64,000 bases of DNA, from assembly GCA_035294325.1 (NCBI GenBank), contig DATGLE010000066.1:32958-96957 (forward strand), read 5' to 3'. This DNA is from Ktedonobacteraceae bacterium (GTDB taxonomy: Bacteria; Chloroflexota; Ktedonobacteria; Ktedonobacterales; Ktedonobacteraceae). The notes under the pieces were generated by a model that worked only from the letters and a program-made list of their open reading frames with translations, had not been told where the DNA came from and made no database searches. The translations under genes and the position numbers were made by a program. Every line of letters starts with the position of its first letter. Within the stretch, counting starts at the first letter, position 1. Positions 20,780-29,586 of this stretch are shown piece by piece.

Positions 20780-21025
20780 ATAAAGAGAGTTCGTTGCTCA
20801 GCGTTTCTATCTCCCCTGCACAGTGCTGGCGCGATGAAGCCGTGCCAACGATGGATGAGAGTTATGTGGACAAATATACGACGAGCATTTGTCCACATAA
20901 CTCTCATCCATCGCGCGAGCGCCTGTGGCGCTCGCGCGATGATGCCGAAAACCGCTCTCTCTTAGAATTGAACAACTACCATCGAGAATGATCCATCCGT
21001 CAAAACAGGAGAAGGAAAGACAACC

Positions 21026-21505
21026 ATGAAGATTGCACGTAGCACTATTATTTCGCGTCACTGGCGCCCGGGGCAGGCTGTGCTGGCCGGTCTGCTTGCC
21101 ACGATTGCTTACAGCGTCGCGATGGAAGAAGACTACAAAGTGGTCGGCAATCGCTTCAACGACGTTGAATTTATCCAGGGATTGCTGGGGAAAGCGGGCC
21201 GCAGTGATGCAGGTCTGGCCCTCGCCTGGCTGATTCACCTGCTCAATGGTATAGCCCTGGCGCAGATCTACGGCGCGGTAGCGAAGCGTTTCCTCCCCGG
21301 CCCGAACTGGCTCAAAGGTGCCATCTTTTCCGAGGCATTTGTCTGCTCGGTCTGGTCCCTGGCACCCGTCGCCGACAAATATCACCCCCTGATTAAAGAG
21401 GGCGCAATGCCGAAGCTCGCTACCTGGCCCTCTTTCTGGCAAAATCTCCTGCGCCATCTCATCTTCGGGCTGACGCTGGGCCTGCTCTATAACGACAAAA
21501 ACTAA
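21026..21505 (+). CDS. hypothetical small membrane protein
   Basis: Three predicted TM helices. RBS AGGAGAAGGAAAG. The overlapping minus-strand ORF 20807-21457 is judged spurious. Confidence 0.5.
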   Translation: MKIARSTIISRHWRPGQAVLAGLLATIAYSVAMEEDYKVVGNRFNDVEFIQGLLGKAGRSDAGLALAWLIHLLNGIALAQIYGAVAKRFLPGPNWLKGAIFSEAFVCSVWSLAPVADKYHPLIKEGAMPKLATWPSFWQNLLRHLIFGLTLGLLYNDKN

Positions 21506-21837
21506 AAAAGATGAGAAGCGTCAGAGCCTCTCATCTACTAATGCAATTTAACGCGCCGGGCAAGTTTTCCTGACGGCTCACCGCTGCACGGTTCGCCAGG
21601 AGGGGGAGCCTGCGAGCACAGCGCCGCAGGTGCACTCTCAGGCGAGGAGCCTGCGGGCACAGCGCCGCAAACTCCCCCTCCTGGCGTGCCTGCGGCGCAC
21701 CCTCGGACGAGGAGTCTGCGGGCACAGCGCCTGCGGCGCTGTGCCCGCAGACTCCTCATAACAGGCGAGCCGCGCAGCGGTGAGCCGTCAGCGAAACATG
21801 CACATGGCGTTAAGATAATAATCCGAGCATAATGGAT

Positions 21838-21875
21838 GTGCGGAACCGCGCGCTTTAGTGCGCGGTTCCGCACAT
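21838..21875. terminator. 38-bp perfect palindrome (atgtgcggaaccgcgcgc-tttagt-gcgcgcggttccgcacat), likely bidirectional terminator
   Basis: A 16-bp GC-rich stem between convergent genes (21505+ / 21917-), followed by a T/A-rich tail. Confidence 0.55.
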
Positions 21876-21916
21876 GTAGAGTGTCCAACTTATATTTTTA
21901 AACTTCATTAATACGA

Positions 21917-22297
21917 TTATACCAGATAGCGCAACCAGCGGCTCACAAACGGCAGCCGGTAATCGGGGTGCAGCCAGGCCATAACCATCAACCATATCCA
22001 TAGCAGGATCCATACCCACCACAGGGCGCTCAGCAGCAGGCCCAGACCAAAATTCGTCAGCAGGCTGAGCAGCGGCACCCAGGCCAGCATGGCCTTCAAG
22101 ATACTCACCCCTGCCATCGCCACGGATAACGATCCGAACACGATTATTGATTGCGCTGCATGCCAACGCACATTCCGATTTTTCTCGAACACGAAGAGCA
22201 GGAGGCCCGATAACCAGAATAGACAGTAGGCCAGGACACGTTCCAGCCGCTCATCAAGTCCAAGAGTCGTCATTCTATGCATCATAACATGCCTCAT
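21917..22297 (-). CDS. hypothetical membrane protein (4 TM)
   Basis: Hydrophobic helices LAYCLFWLSGLLLFVF, SIIVFGSLSVAMAGV, LLSLLTNFGLGLLLSALWWVWILLWIWLMVMAWL. Confidence 0.5.
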   Translation of the reverse strand: MRHVMMHRMTTLGLDERLERVLAYCLFWLSGLLLFVFEKNRNVRWHAAQSIIVFGSLSVAMAGVSILKAMLAWVPLLSLLTNFGLGLLLSALWWVWILLWIWLMVMAWLHPDYRLPFVSRWLRYLV

Positions 22298-22664
22298 CCC
22301 TTCTGAGACGCAGCCCTCTTCGTTGAGGCGTTCGTCATTATTTTACTACTAACACATACTTATACGTAACGGCCCGAGACGGTGTTGCATTGTTCAGTCA
22401 AACCTCCACAGTTCTCCTGACGCCTCCTGACGCTCACCGGCCACTCGCGCGTCTGCGCCACGCGCTGCAATGGTATAGTGTGATGAGGGAAGGCGCGGCG
22501 CGCCTTCCCTCATCACACTATACAGAAGGCGAGCGTTACAGGGGCGAGCAAGCGCGTGCGAGGGCATCAGCCACCAGGCACCCCTCAACAAGGAGATACG
22601 GGTTAGGTCATGGCTTGCTGCCACCCGTGAATACGGAATACAATCAGGCAGTACACGCGAAAGG

Positions 22665-23450
22665 ATGAGGCGAGTTATGCAGTATAAAATCATCCACTTT
22701 CCCGGCGGCCAGCGCGCACGCGCGGTGAAAGCGTCCCCCGGCACGAGCGCCGATGCTGTTCTGGAGGCGCTCAGCATCGCGAAGCCAGAGGCGCTGCTGG
22801 TCCTGATAGGGGGCGCGAATAACCTGGAGCAGCAGCTCGTGGCCTCCCTCGTTCCATTATTCAGCCAGGGTATCGCGCCAGCAGCCGCGCATACCGGGGC
22901 AATGATTATCGACGGCGGCACATGTTCAGGCGTGATGGAGCTGATGGGCCAGGGAGTGGCCGCGCAGGGATACCCATCGACGCTGCTGGGCGTATCGGCT
23001 GCCGGCCTGGTAACGTACCCCGGCGCACCTGCTATTGAACGCCCCGACGATGCCACCGCGCTCGATCCCCATCACAGCCATTTCGTACTGGTGGATAGCC
23101 AGGAATGGGGCGGCGAGACAGAGATGCTCTTCGCGCTGGCCCGCGCCATTGCCAGGGACATTCCTGCCCTGGCAATCCTGGTTAACGGCGGCCCCATCGC
23201 CCGCAGCGAGGCATTGGAGGCTGTGCGCAGCAACTGGCCGCTGCTCGTCATCGAAGGTAGCGGGCGCGCAGCCGACGAAATCGCCACCCTCTGGCGCAAG
23301 CGTCCTGCCGCCGTCACGGACGAAAAGCAGCGCGAGATCATCGCGCGGGGCGCTATCTCCCTCTTCCCCCTGCACGGCGCCCCTGATGAACTGTTCCGGC
23401 GCATCGTTCGCCTGCTGGGAAAAGAGAGGGTTCAGGATGAGAGAGCTTAG
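22665..23450 (+). CDS. SLOG/LOG-like Rossmann-fold protein (DprA/LOG/Smf-like superfamily)
   Basis: Two Gly-rich phosphate-binding-like loops: LVLIGGANNLE ... IIDGGTCSGVMELM and ILVNGGPIARSEALE ... LLVIEGSGRAADEI. No catalytic residues could be assigned. Confidence 0.4.
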   Translation: MRRVMQYKIIHFPGGQRARAVKASPGTSADAVLEALSIAKPEALLVLIGGANNLEQQLVASLVPLFSQGIAPAAAHTGAMIIDGGTCSGVMELMGQGVAAQGYPSTLLGVSAAGLVTYPGAPAIERPDDATALDPHHSHFVLVDSQEWGGETEMLFALARAIARDIPALAILVNGGPIARSEALEAVRSNWPLLVIEGSGRAADEIATLWRKRPAAVTDEKQREIIARGAISLFPLHGAPDELFRRIVRLLGKERVQDERA

Positions 23451-24790
23451 GGAGCGACTTTATGATCCTCACTCCCACCTGCGCTGGCATCGAGAGGCGC
23501 CGGGGATATCGTGCTGACCTTCACCGCCCCTATCGCCTCCTCCTGCATCTCCATAGCGGCCTTTGCCTTCGTAACCATCGCGATCACCTCATCCAGATGC
23601 TCGATAGGATATTTACTCTCAGCCTCTTTTAAAAACGCGAGGCCATCGAGCACACTCTGAAAAACACCGGAGGCAGGCGTCAGCTCTATCGCCGCCTTGT
23701 AGGCAGCAACGGCGTCGCCCTTTTTGAGCACGAGTATTGCCATGCTCAGGTCATAGTAATCCCAGTAAGGTTCCTCCGAAGCTCTGGCGGCAATGCGTTT
23801 CTGCGCCGTCTCCATCGTCTGCTCGAAAGCCGGCAACGCAGTCTCTATGTCGCCTTCATGCAGCGCCAGGGCGGCAATGTTGCTGATGGCATAGGAGGAT
23901 TGAGGATTGGCCTTGCGGGCCAGCTTATAATAATCCAGCGCCAGGGCATACTGGTTCAAGCGGCGATAGGTCCCGGCAAGGCCAGCAATCGCCTCCTCAT
24001 AGTTGGGCAGCAGCTCGTTTGCCCGTCGGAAATGCTCTATAGCTCTGGTATATGCGCTAAAGCGTTTCTCCGCATCGTGTGTCCTTTGATACTCCCTATC
24101 AGCCTGAAGGCGATAAGCGAACCCCAGTTCCTTATGAGTTTGCGGTAGATCTGGATCAGCGGCGAGCGCGGCTGTAAGATGCTCGATGGACAGATCATAA
24201 GCGCCAATATCATTATAGATGCGGCCCAGAGCATAGTGAGCCTGCGGATCATGCTCCCGCAGCCGCAAGGCCGCCTGATACGCCTCGATAGCCTGGCCGT
24301 TTTTTCCCTTTTCTGCAAACTCGTTACCCAGAATCAGGAAGGCTATCGCCCGGCTGGTCTTCTCCACATCCCGCGTCAGCTTCTGGTGAAGTTCATCGAT
24401 CTCCTGCTTCTTTTTATCGATCTCTTTCTTCATTTCATCTATTTTTTCCAGGCTCCCGCTGCCCCTTTTCTCCAGATCTCGAAAGCTCCTGATACCGAAG
24501 TAGCCCAATATGCCAACCCCCACGCCTACCAGGATCGGAATGATGACAGAGAGATCATTAATCCAGCTCAGGAGGTTCGCCATCATTGCTGACTCTCGAT
24601 CAGCCTGGGACGCGGTTTGATTCGCTACAGTCACAGCCGTCGCCGCCTGATCGAGTATAGCATTGGCGTCGGGCGTCGGCGTGGGCTGCGCAACGCTCGC
24701 CCGTGCGCCAGAGGTAGACACTGCGAGCAACAGGATGGATAGGACGATGAGGAGCATTACGCTTACAATCAGAAACGGTTTGCGCGGCAT
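23447..24790 (-). CDS. membrane-anchored coiled-coil/TPR-repeat protein
   Basis: N-terminal TM helix (FLIVSVMLLIVLSILLLAV), second TM helix, a KKEIDKKKQEIDELHQKL coiled coil, then at least six TPR-like repeats (AIEAYQAALRL...). Start set at MPRKPF. Confidence 0.7.
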   Translation of the reverse strand: MPRKPFLIVSVMLLIVLSILLLAVSTSGARASVAQPTPTPDANAILDQAATAVTVANQTASQADRESAMMANLLSWINDLSVIIPILVGVGVGILGYFGIRSFRDLEKRGSGSLEKIDEMKKEIDKKKQEIDELHQKLTRDVEKTSRAIAFLILGNEFAEKGKNGQAIEAYQAALRLREHDPQAHYALGRIYNDIGAYDLSIEHLTAALAADPDLPQTHKELGFAYRLQADREYQRTHDAEKRFSAYTRAIEHFRRANELLPNYEEAIAGLAGTYRRLNQYALALDYYKLARKANPQSSYAISNIAALALHEGDIETALPAFEQTMETAQKRIAARASEEPYWDYYDLSMAILVLKKGDAVAAYKAAIELTPASGVFQSVLDGLAFLKEAESKYPIEHLDEVIAMVTKAKAAMEMQEEAIGAVKVSTISPAPLDASAGGSEDHKVAP

Positions 24791-24998
24791 AAGGTTCCCT
24801 CCCTGGACACGTAACAACATCAAACAATAATTACATGTAAAGGCATTATCCGCACTCATCATAGCACATCTTTGCCATTTTTACACCGTCTGAAAGAAAG
24901 CCAGGCGGCATAGCCCATATTGTCACAGTCGAAAGAACTGCCGTATAATTGAGATGAGTATAACACTACGATTTCGCTTTCAGGAGGCTCAGGTTCGT

Positions 24999-25370
24999 AT
25001 GCCTGCACTTATGGTAAATATAGGAGATCCCATCTTCATTGGAGATTTCTTTGGCGCACTGCTTGCCCTGCCCATATCGCTTTTTCTTGTCTTCTGGCTG
25101 AGCGCCGTTAAGAACCGCAAAGCGGTGGTGGCCGGCGGCTTTATCGGTGTCGTCCTCGGCTTCCTCATCATTCTTGGTTGGGCCGGAACGCTTATTTTTG
25201 ATACGCCGCTCCCCGGGGCCAACGGCGGTTCGGTATTCTTCGGCTCGGTGCTGTTCTGCTCGGCGCTTGGCCTGTCCGGCGGCATCCTCATGGACCTGCT
25301 TATCGCCCGCAAGAGCGCACGCGATTATCGCCGGCAGCAGGTTCTCCACCAGCAGCCCGCCCACGAATAG
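24999..25370 (+). CDS. hypothetical small membrane protein (3 TM)
   Basis: RBS CAGGAGG 12 nt upstream. TATAAT at 24943-24948. Three hydrophobic helices. Confidence 0.5.
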   Translation: MPALMVNIGDPIFIGDFFGALLALPISLFLVFWLSAVKNRKAVVAGGFIGVVLGFLIILGWAGTLIFDTPLPGANGGSVFFGSVLFCSALGLSGGILMDLLIARKSARDYRRQQVLHQQPAHE

Positions 25371-25383
25371 CGCTGCCAGGACC

Positions 25384-26442
25384 ATGTTTTATCTTCTGCA
25401 CGGCGACGACGAATTTACCAGCCGCGAGCAGTTGAAGCAACTGCGCCAGCAGGGCGGCTTCGATTATAACCAGGATACCTATAACGGCGCCGAGGTAGAC
25501 CTGAAAACGATCATCATGACCAGTAATACGCTGCCTTTCCTCACCGAACAGCGCCTGGTTGTCGTCGAGGGGCTGCCCAAAAAAAAGCGCTCCGAAGCAA
25601 CGGGCGCCGCCGCTGCATCTTCCTCCGAGGGGGAGGCAGCGGCCGCCGCGACGAAGGGGAGCAAGGCCAGAAAAGGAGGCAAAAAGAGCAGCAAGGGCAG
25701 CACGCTGAGCCGCGCTGGCTTCGAGAAGGCGCTGGCCGAACACGTCGCCACCATGCCGGAGACAACCATGCTTGTGCTGCTGGTCGATGAAGCGCTGGAG
25801 GCAGCGAATCCCCTGGTTAAAGCCGCCTCCCGGTACGGCAAGGTAATCCAGAGCACGTTGCCCAGAGGCGCCGCCCTGGAAAGCTGGATCGGCAGGCGGG
25901 CCAGAAGCATCCACACACGGATTACGCCGGAGGCAACGAAGATGCTGGCGAATTTCATTGGCAACAACCTGCGTCTACTGGCGAATGAACTCGATAAGCT
26001 GGCAACCTACGTTGGCCCGAATGGGACGATCAACGTCGAGGATGTGCGCCAGTTGTCCGCCCAGGTACAGGAGGCGCGCATCTTCGATCTGACCGACGCG
26101 CTGGCGCAGCGCAATCGCAAGCAGGCGATGAATATTCTGCACGATCTGCTCGCCGACGGTGAGCCGCCACTGAAGCTCCTCAGTACCATCACGACACACC
26201 TGCGCTCGCTGCTGCTGGTCAAGGAGCTGGCCCAGAAGGGGATGCGCGCGGCGCAGATCGCCTCTACGTTGAGCATGCAGCCCTTTCTGGCGGAAAAAGC
26301 GCTGCGCCAGAGTGGCAATTTCACCGCCGCGCAGCTGGAAGGCGCCTATCGCCAGTTGCTGGCAACCGATGCCGCACTCAAACGCAGCCGCCTGACTCCT
26401 GAAATGGCGCTCGACCTGCTAATCGCGCAATTCGGTACATGA
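25384..26442 (+). CDS. holA: DNA polymerase III subunit delta with a low-complexity Lys/Ala/Ser-rich insertion
   Basis: Begins MFYLLHGDDEF, the typical delta N-terminus. C-terminal helical domain present. Insertion KKKRSEATGAAAASSSEGEAAAAATKGSKARKGGKKSSKGS. Confidence 0.8.
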   Translation: MFYLLHGDDEFTSREQLKQLRQQGGFDYNQDTYNGAEVDLKTIIMTSNTLPFLTEQRLVVVEGLPKKKRSEATGAAAASSSEGEAAAAATKGSKARKGGKKSSKGSTLSRAGFEKALAEHVATMPETTMLVLLVDEALEAANPLVKAASRYGKVIQSTLPRGAALESWIGRRARSIHTRITPEATKMLANFIGNNLRLLANELDKLATYVGPNGTINVEDVRQLSAQVQEARIFDLTDALAQRNRKQAMNILHDLLADGEPPLKLLSTITTHLRSLLLVKELAQKGMRAAQIASTLSMQPFLAEKALRQSGNFTAAQLEGAYRQLLATDAALKRSRLTPEMALDLLIAQFGT

Positions 26443-26616
26443 AAAATTGGGGCGTCCTTTCGTCCGTAGCCGCGCGATGATGAACATGGACAACCAGGAT
26501 CGGCGATGTTCCCCGATGCGTAGCGGCGCGATTGATCGCGCCTCGTCCAGCCTGTCGAGCGGCTCCAGGCGCGATGAAGCGTACCGCCACGCACAGTTAT
26601 CAGCAATCGCAGTAAT

Positions 26617-27756
26617 ATGTCACCATTGCAACAAATAATTATAGAGCGCATCCGGCGCAACGGCCCCATCACCTTCGCCGACTATATGCGTATGGCCCTC
26701 TACGAGCCGGGCTATGGCTACTACGTCAGCGGGGCCTATAAAATGGGCTGGGAGGGAGACTACTACACCAGCAGCGATGTTTCGGACCTCTTCGCGCACT
26801 GCATGGGACGGCAGCTCTGCCAGATGTGGCAGCAGTTGGGACAACCCGCGCCGTTTGTCGTGCTGGAGCAAGGGGCGGGGCGCGGACAACTTGCTCAGGG
26901 AGTACGCACCTGGGCGGAGCAGGAGGCCCCCGCCTTTGGCGCCGCGCTCGACTACCGTGGTGAGGATATACGCTCCGGCCAGGATGCCAGCGCGCCGCAC
27001 GACGAAAAGGCTCCCTCGCCTTCCGTCATCCTCTCGAATGAACTGGTCGACGCCTTCCCCGTCCACATCGTCGAGAAGCGTGGCTCAAGACTATACGAAA
27101 TCTACGTGACGGAGCAGCAGGGGCACCTGTACGAAGTACTGGATGAGCCGGGCACGCCGGAGGTGGCCGGCTACCTGGACCGCTACAAGATCCCCTGGAC
27201 GACCTTCGACGATGGCTGGCGCGCGGAAATCAATCTGGATGCACTGCATTGGATAGAGCGCTGCGCTCGCTTCCTGCTCGGTTACACATCTCCGGTACGC
27301 CAGGATATGGCGGCGGCGCGGCGCGCGCGCAAAAGGCATGGCTTCCTCCTCACCATCGACTATGGCGATAAGGCGCGCGCGCTCTATACGCCCTACCGGC
27401 CTCGTGGCACGCTCGCCTGCTACTATCGCCATCGCTTGCTGGAGCAGCCGCTCATACACCCCGGTGAACAGGATATTACCGCGCACGTCAACTTTAGCGC
27501 GCTCATCGATGAGGGGCGGCGCCACGGTCTGCGCCTGCATACATTCACCACGCAGCGTCTCTGGCTCACCGCTATGGGAATCTACGAAGAGCTGGAGCGC
27601 ACACGCCAGCGCGACTTTGCCGTAATCGATAGCGAGCGCGGGAGTGATCGTGGACAGACGGCGCTGCTGCAATGGTATATGCTGCGCCAGCGCGTTTCCG
27701 CCCTCACCGAACCGGCGGGCATGGGCAACTTCAAAATACTCATCATGAAAGCCTGA
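26617..27756 (+). CDS. MidA/NDUFAF7-family (DUF185) SAM-dependent methyltransferase
   Basis: N-terminus ITFADYMRMALYEPGYGYY and a Gly-rich LEQGAGRG SAM motif. Typical length. Confidence 0.8.
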   Translation: MSPLQQIIIERIRRNGPITFADYMRMALYEPGYGYYVSGAYKMGWEGDYYTSSDVSDLFAHCMGRQLCQMWQQLGQPAPFVVLEQGAGRGQLAQGVRTWAEQEAPAFGAALDYRGEDIRSGQDASAPHDEKAPSPSVILSNELVDAFPVHIVEKRGSRLYEIYVTEQQGHLYEVLDEPGTPEVAGYLDRYKIPWTTFDDGWRAEINLDALHWIERCARFLLGYTSPVRQDMAAARRARKRHGFLLTIDYGDKARALYTPYRPRGTLACYYRHRLLEQPLIHPGEQDITAHVNFSALIDEGRRHGLRLHTFTTQRLWLTAMGIYEELERTRQRDFAVIDSERGSDRGQTALLQWYMLRQRVSALTEPAGMGNFKILIMKA

Positions 27757-28039
27757 TTTGCACACCTCGCCACCTCCGGTGACTCGCAGAGGGAGAGAGC
27801 GAGTGTCAGAGAGGCGCCGAATGGCGCCTCTCTGGCTCTCCTTAATAACTTTATGCGAAGCGCAGCAGGTGCCGAGGGATCAGAGAAAGGATGCCAGCGC
27901 ATAAAAAGATGCCTCTTCCCCGAAAAGGCCAGGGCGATTTAAAAGTCCTCTTCCGTGCGCAGCGGCGCGATGATGAGAAAAGATTGCTGATCTTGAATGG
28001 TACTGTTTATCATCGCGCCGCTGCGCGCAGTGAAGTCTC

Positions 28040-28214
28040 ATGCCGCGACTTTTCAATGGCCCGGGAAAAGGCCAGGACGATTTAATGCTCGCCAGAAGCG
28101 GGGGTCAAGGGGGCGGCCGCCCCCTTGCGGAGCGCGGGGTGTCCCCGCCCAAACTCTTCCTTTCGGGCGTGGGGTGGGGAGAGTTAAATAGCCCTGGGAA
28201 AAGGCAGGTGCCTC
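28040..28214. repeat. ~170-bp dispersed GC-rich repeat element (gcgatttaatgctcgccagaagcgggggtcaagggggcggccgcccccttgcgg...atagccctgg), copy A
   Basis: Near-identical copy at 44150-44258. Partial module (gaaaaggccagggcgatttaaaagtcc) at 27913-27940. Ends immediately before a -35 hexamer. Confidence 0.7.
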
Positions 28215-28244
28215 TTGACAGAGTTGTATCCCGGCGCTTATAAT
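28215..28244 (+). promoter_or_regulatory. consensus sigma-70 promoter (TTGACA-18-TATAAT) driving leader plus DAHP synthase
   Basis: TTGACA at 28215-28220 and TATAAT at 28239-28244, read directly. Confidence 0.55.
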
Positions 28245-28284
28245 CCCTGATGAGGTCACTCAATAAAAAAACAACGGGATAGCT

Positions 28285-28356
28285 ATGCTCAGCCATAAAA
28301 CCAGGCAACAGAATAGCAGCTTCTACTTTTATTACTGGTTTAGCCCTCCAGCATGA
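28285..28356 (+). CDS. 23-codon aromatic leader peptide MLSHKTRQQNSSFYFYYWFSPPA
   Basis: ATG at 28285 with GGGA 8 nt upstream. Seven consecutive Phe/Tyr/Trp codons at 28321-28341. Stop TGA lies inside hairpin arm A. Confidence 0.5.
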   Translation: MLSHKTRQQNSSFYFYYWFSPPA

Positions 28357-28404
28357 TGGTGGGCCTTTTGGGCTGAGCAAAAATTGACCACCAGCATGCT
28401 GGAG

Positions 28405-28435
28405 AAGCAGAGGAAATTAAACCTCTGCTTTTTTG
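28405..28435 (+). terminator. attenuator-type intrinsic terminator (gcagagg-aaattaaa-cctctgc-tttttt) 40 nt upstream of the DAHP synthase start
   Basis: 7-bp GC-rich stem, 8-nt loop, then a U6 tract. Preceded by segments A (28347-28364) and B (28388-28404), which are mutually complementary. Confidence 0.6.
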
Positions 28436-28474
28436 TTTCCCGAAATTATTAGAGAAGAGAGAGGAATTACGTTC

Positions 28475-29350
28475 ATGACTGATACGACACCGTACAAACT
28501 GGTCAGCAGGCTATTTCAACACGAGAATAGCAGCGTCCTTGTCGGCGACGCGCACGACTGTGATCCGGTCATTGTTGGCGGTACAACAGCATCTCCGGTC
28601 ATCATGGCTGGACCATGCGCTGTAGAGAGCAGAGAGCAACTGCTGGAGACAGCGTGGGCTGTGAAGCGCGCCGGCGCTCAGATCCTGCGCGGCGGCGCCT
28701 TCAAGCCGCGCACCTCACCGTACCAGTTCCAGGGACTCGGCCTCGACGGCCTGCATCTGCTCGCCGAAGCGCGCCGCGAGACCGGCCTGCCCATCGTCAC
28801 CGAGGTTATGGAGCCGGGAATGGTTGAGATTGTCGCCGAGCATGCCGACATACTACAGATTGGCAGTCGCAATATGCAGAACTTCCCCCTGCTGCGCGCA
28901 GCCGGACAACACAGCCAGCAACGGCCCGTGCTGCTCAAACGCGGGCTGGCGGCGACCATCGATGAGTGGTTACTGGCTGCGGAATACATCGTCTCCGCCG
29001 GCAATCCCAATGTCATCCTCTGCGAACGCGGCATCCGCAGCTACGACCCCCAGACGCGCAATGTCCTCGACCTCTCCTGCGTCCCCTTGCTCCACCAGCT
29101 TACCCACCTGCCGGTCATCGTTGATCCCAGTCACGGCACAGGCCGCAGCGAACTGGTACCCACCATGTCGCGCGCCAGTATCGCCGCCGGGGCCGAAGGG
29201 CTGATAATCGAAGTGCATCGCGATCCCGACAGCGCCCTCTGCGACGGGCGACAATCGATCACGCCAGCACAGTTGGCGACCATCGTGGGCGAGACGCGCG
29301 CGCTGACGCGCATCATGAGGGGAGAGGGCGATCTATCGCCCGTTGCCTAA
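28475..29350 (+). CDS. 3-deoxy-7-phosphoheptulonate (DAHP) synthase, type I-beta (AroF/KDO8PS-like fold)
   Basis: [18 protein letters not shown] and [14 protein letters not shown] are hallmark motifs of Bacillus/Thermotoga-type DAHP synthases. RBS GAGAGAGGAA. Confidence 0.85.
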   Translation: MTDTTPYKLVSRLFQHENSSVLVGDAHDCDPVIVGGTTASPVIMAGPCAVESREQLLETAWAVKRAGAQILRGGAFKPRTSPYQFQGLGLDGLHLLAEARRETGLPIVTEVMEPGMVEIVAEHADILQIGSRNMQNFPLLRAAGQHSQQRPVLLKRGLAATIDEWLLAAEYIVSAGNPNVILCERGIRSYDPQTRNVLDLSCVPLLHQLTHLPVIVDPSHGTGRSELVPTMSRASIAAGAEGLIIEVHRDPDSALCDGRQSITPAQLATIVGETRALTRIMRGEGDLSPVA

Positions 29351-29351
29351 A

Positions 29352-29490
29352 AACAAATGTAGAGACGGGGCTTGCCCCCGTCTGCCTGGCACCCGCCTGC
29401 CTGGCACCCCGTCTGGAGGATGGCGGCTTCCCATCCAATGGCGGGGTATAAAGAGACGAGGGCAAGCCTCGTCTCTACATCTCTGAACGC
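29352..29490. repeat. REP-like hairpin elements (truncated direct copy plus inverted copy) downstream of DAHP synthase
   Basis: aaatgtagagacggggcttgcccccgtct ... gagacgagggcaagcctcgtctctacatctct. Same family as 14418-14520. Confidence 0.7.
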
Positions 29491-29586
29491 CTATCGACTC
29501 AACCGGAACAGTATGATATACTTTTTAATATGTGGGGAGAGACATATCATTAAAGGTCAAAGAGACCGAGGCTTTGAGGTGCATAC

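Noticed and set aside
19100-21900. Prophage surrounding rusA
   Set aside because: No integrase, terminase, capsid, portal or repressor-like genes in the flanking 10 kb. The neighbours are ordinary membrane proteins. At most a decayed remnant.
22394-23056. 220-aa minus-strand ORF overlapping the SLOG-like gene
   Set aside because: Overlaps the better-supported plus-strand gene 22665-23450 and a palindromic repeat (22478-22512). No RBS. Judged spurious.
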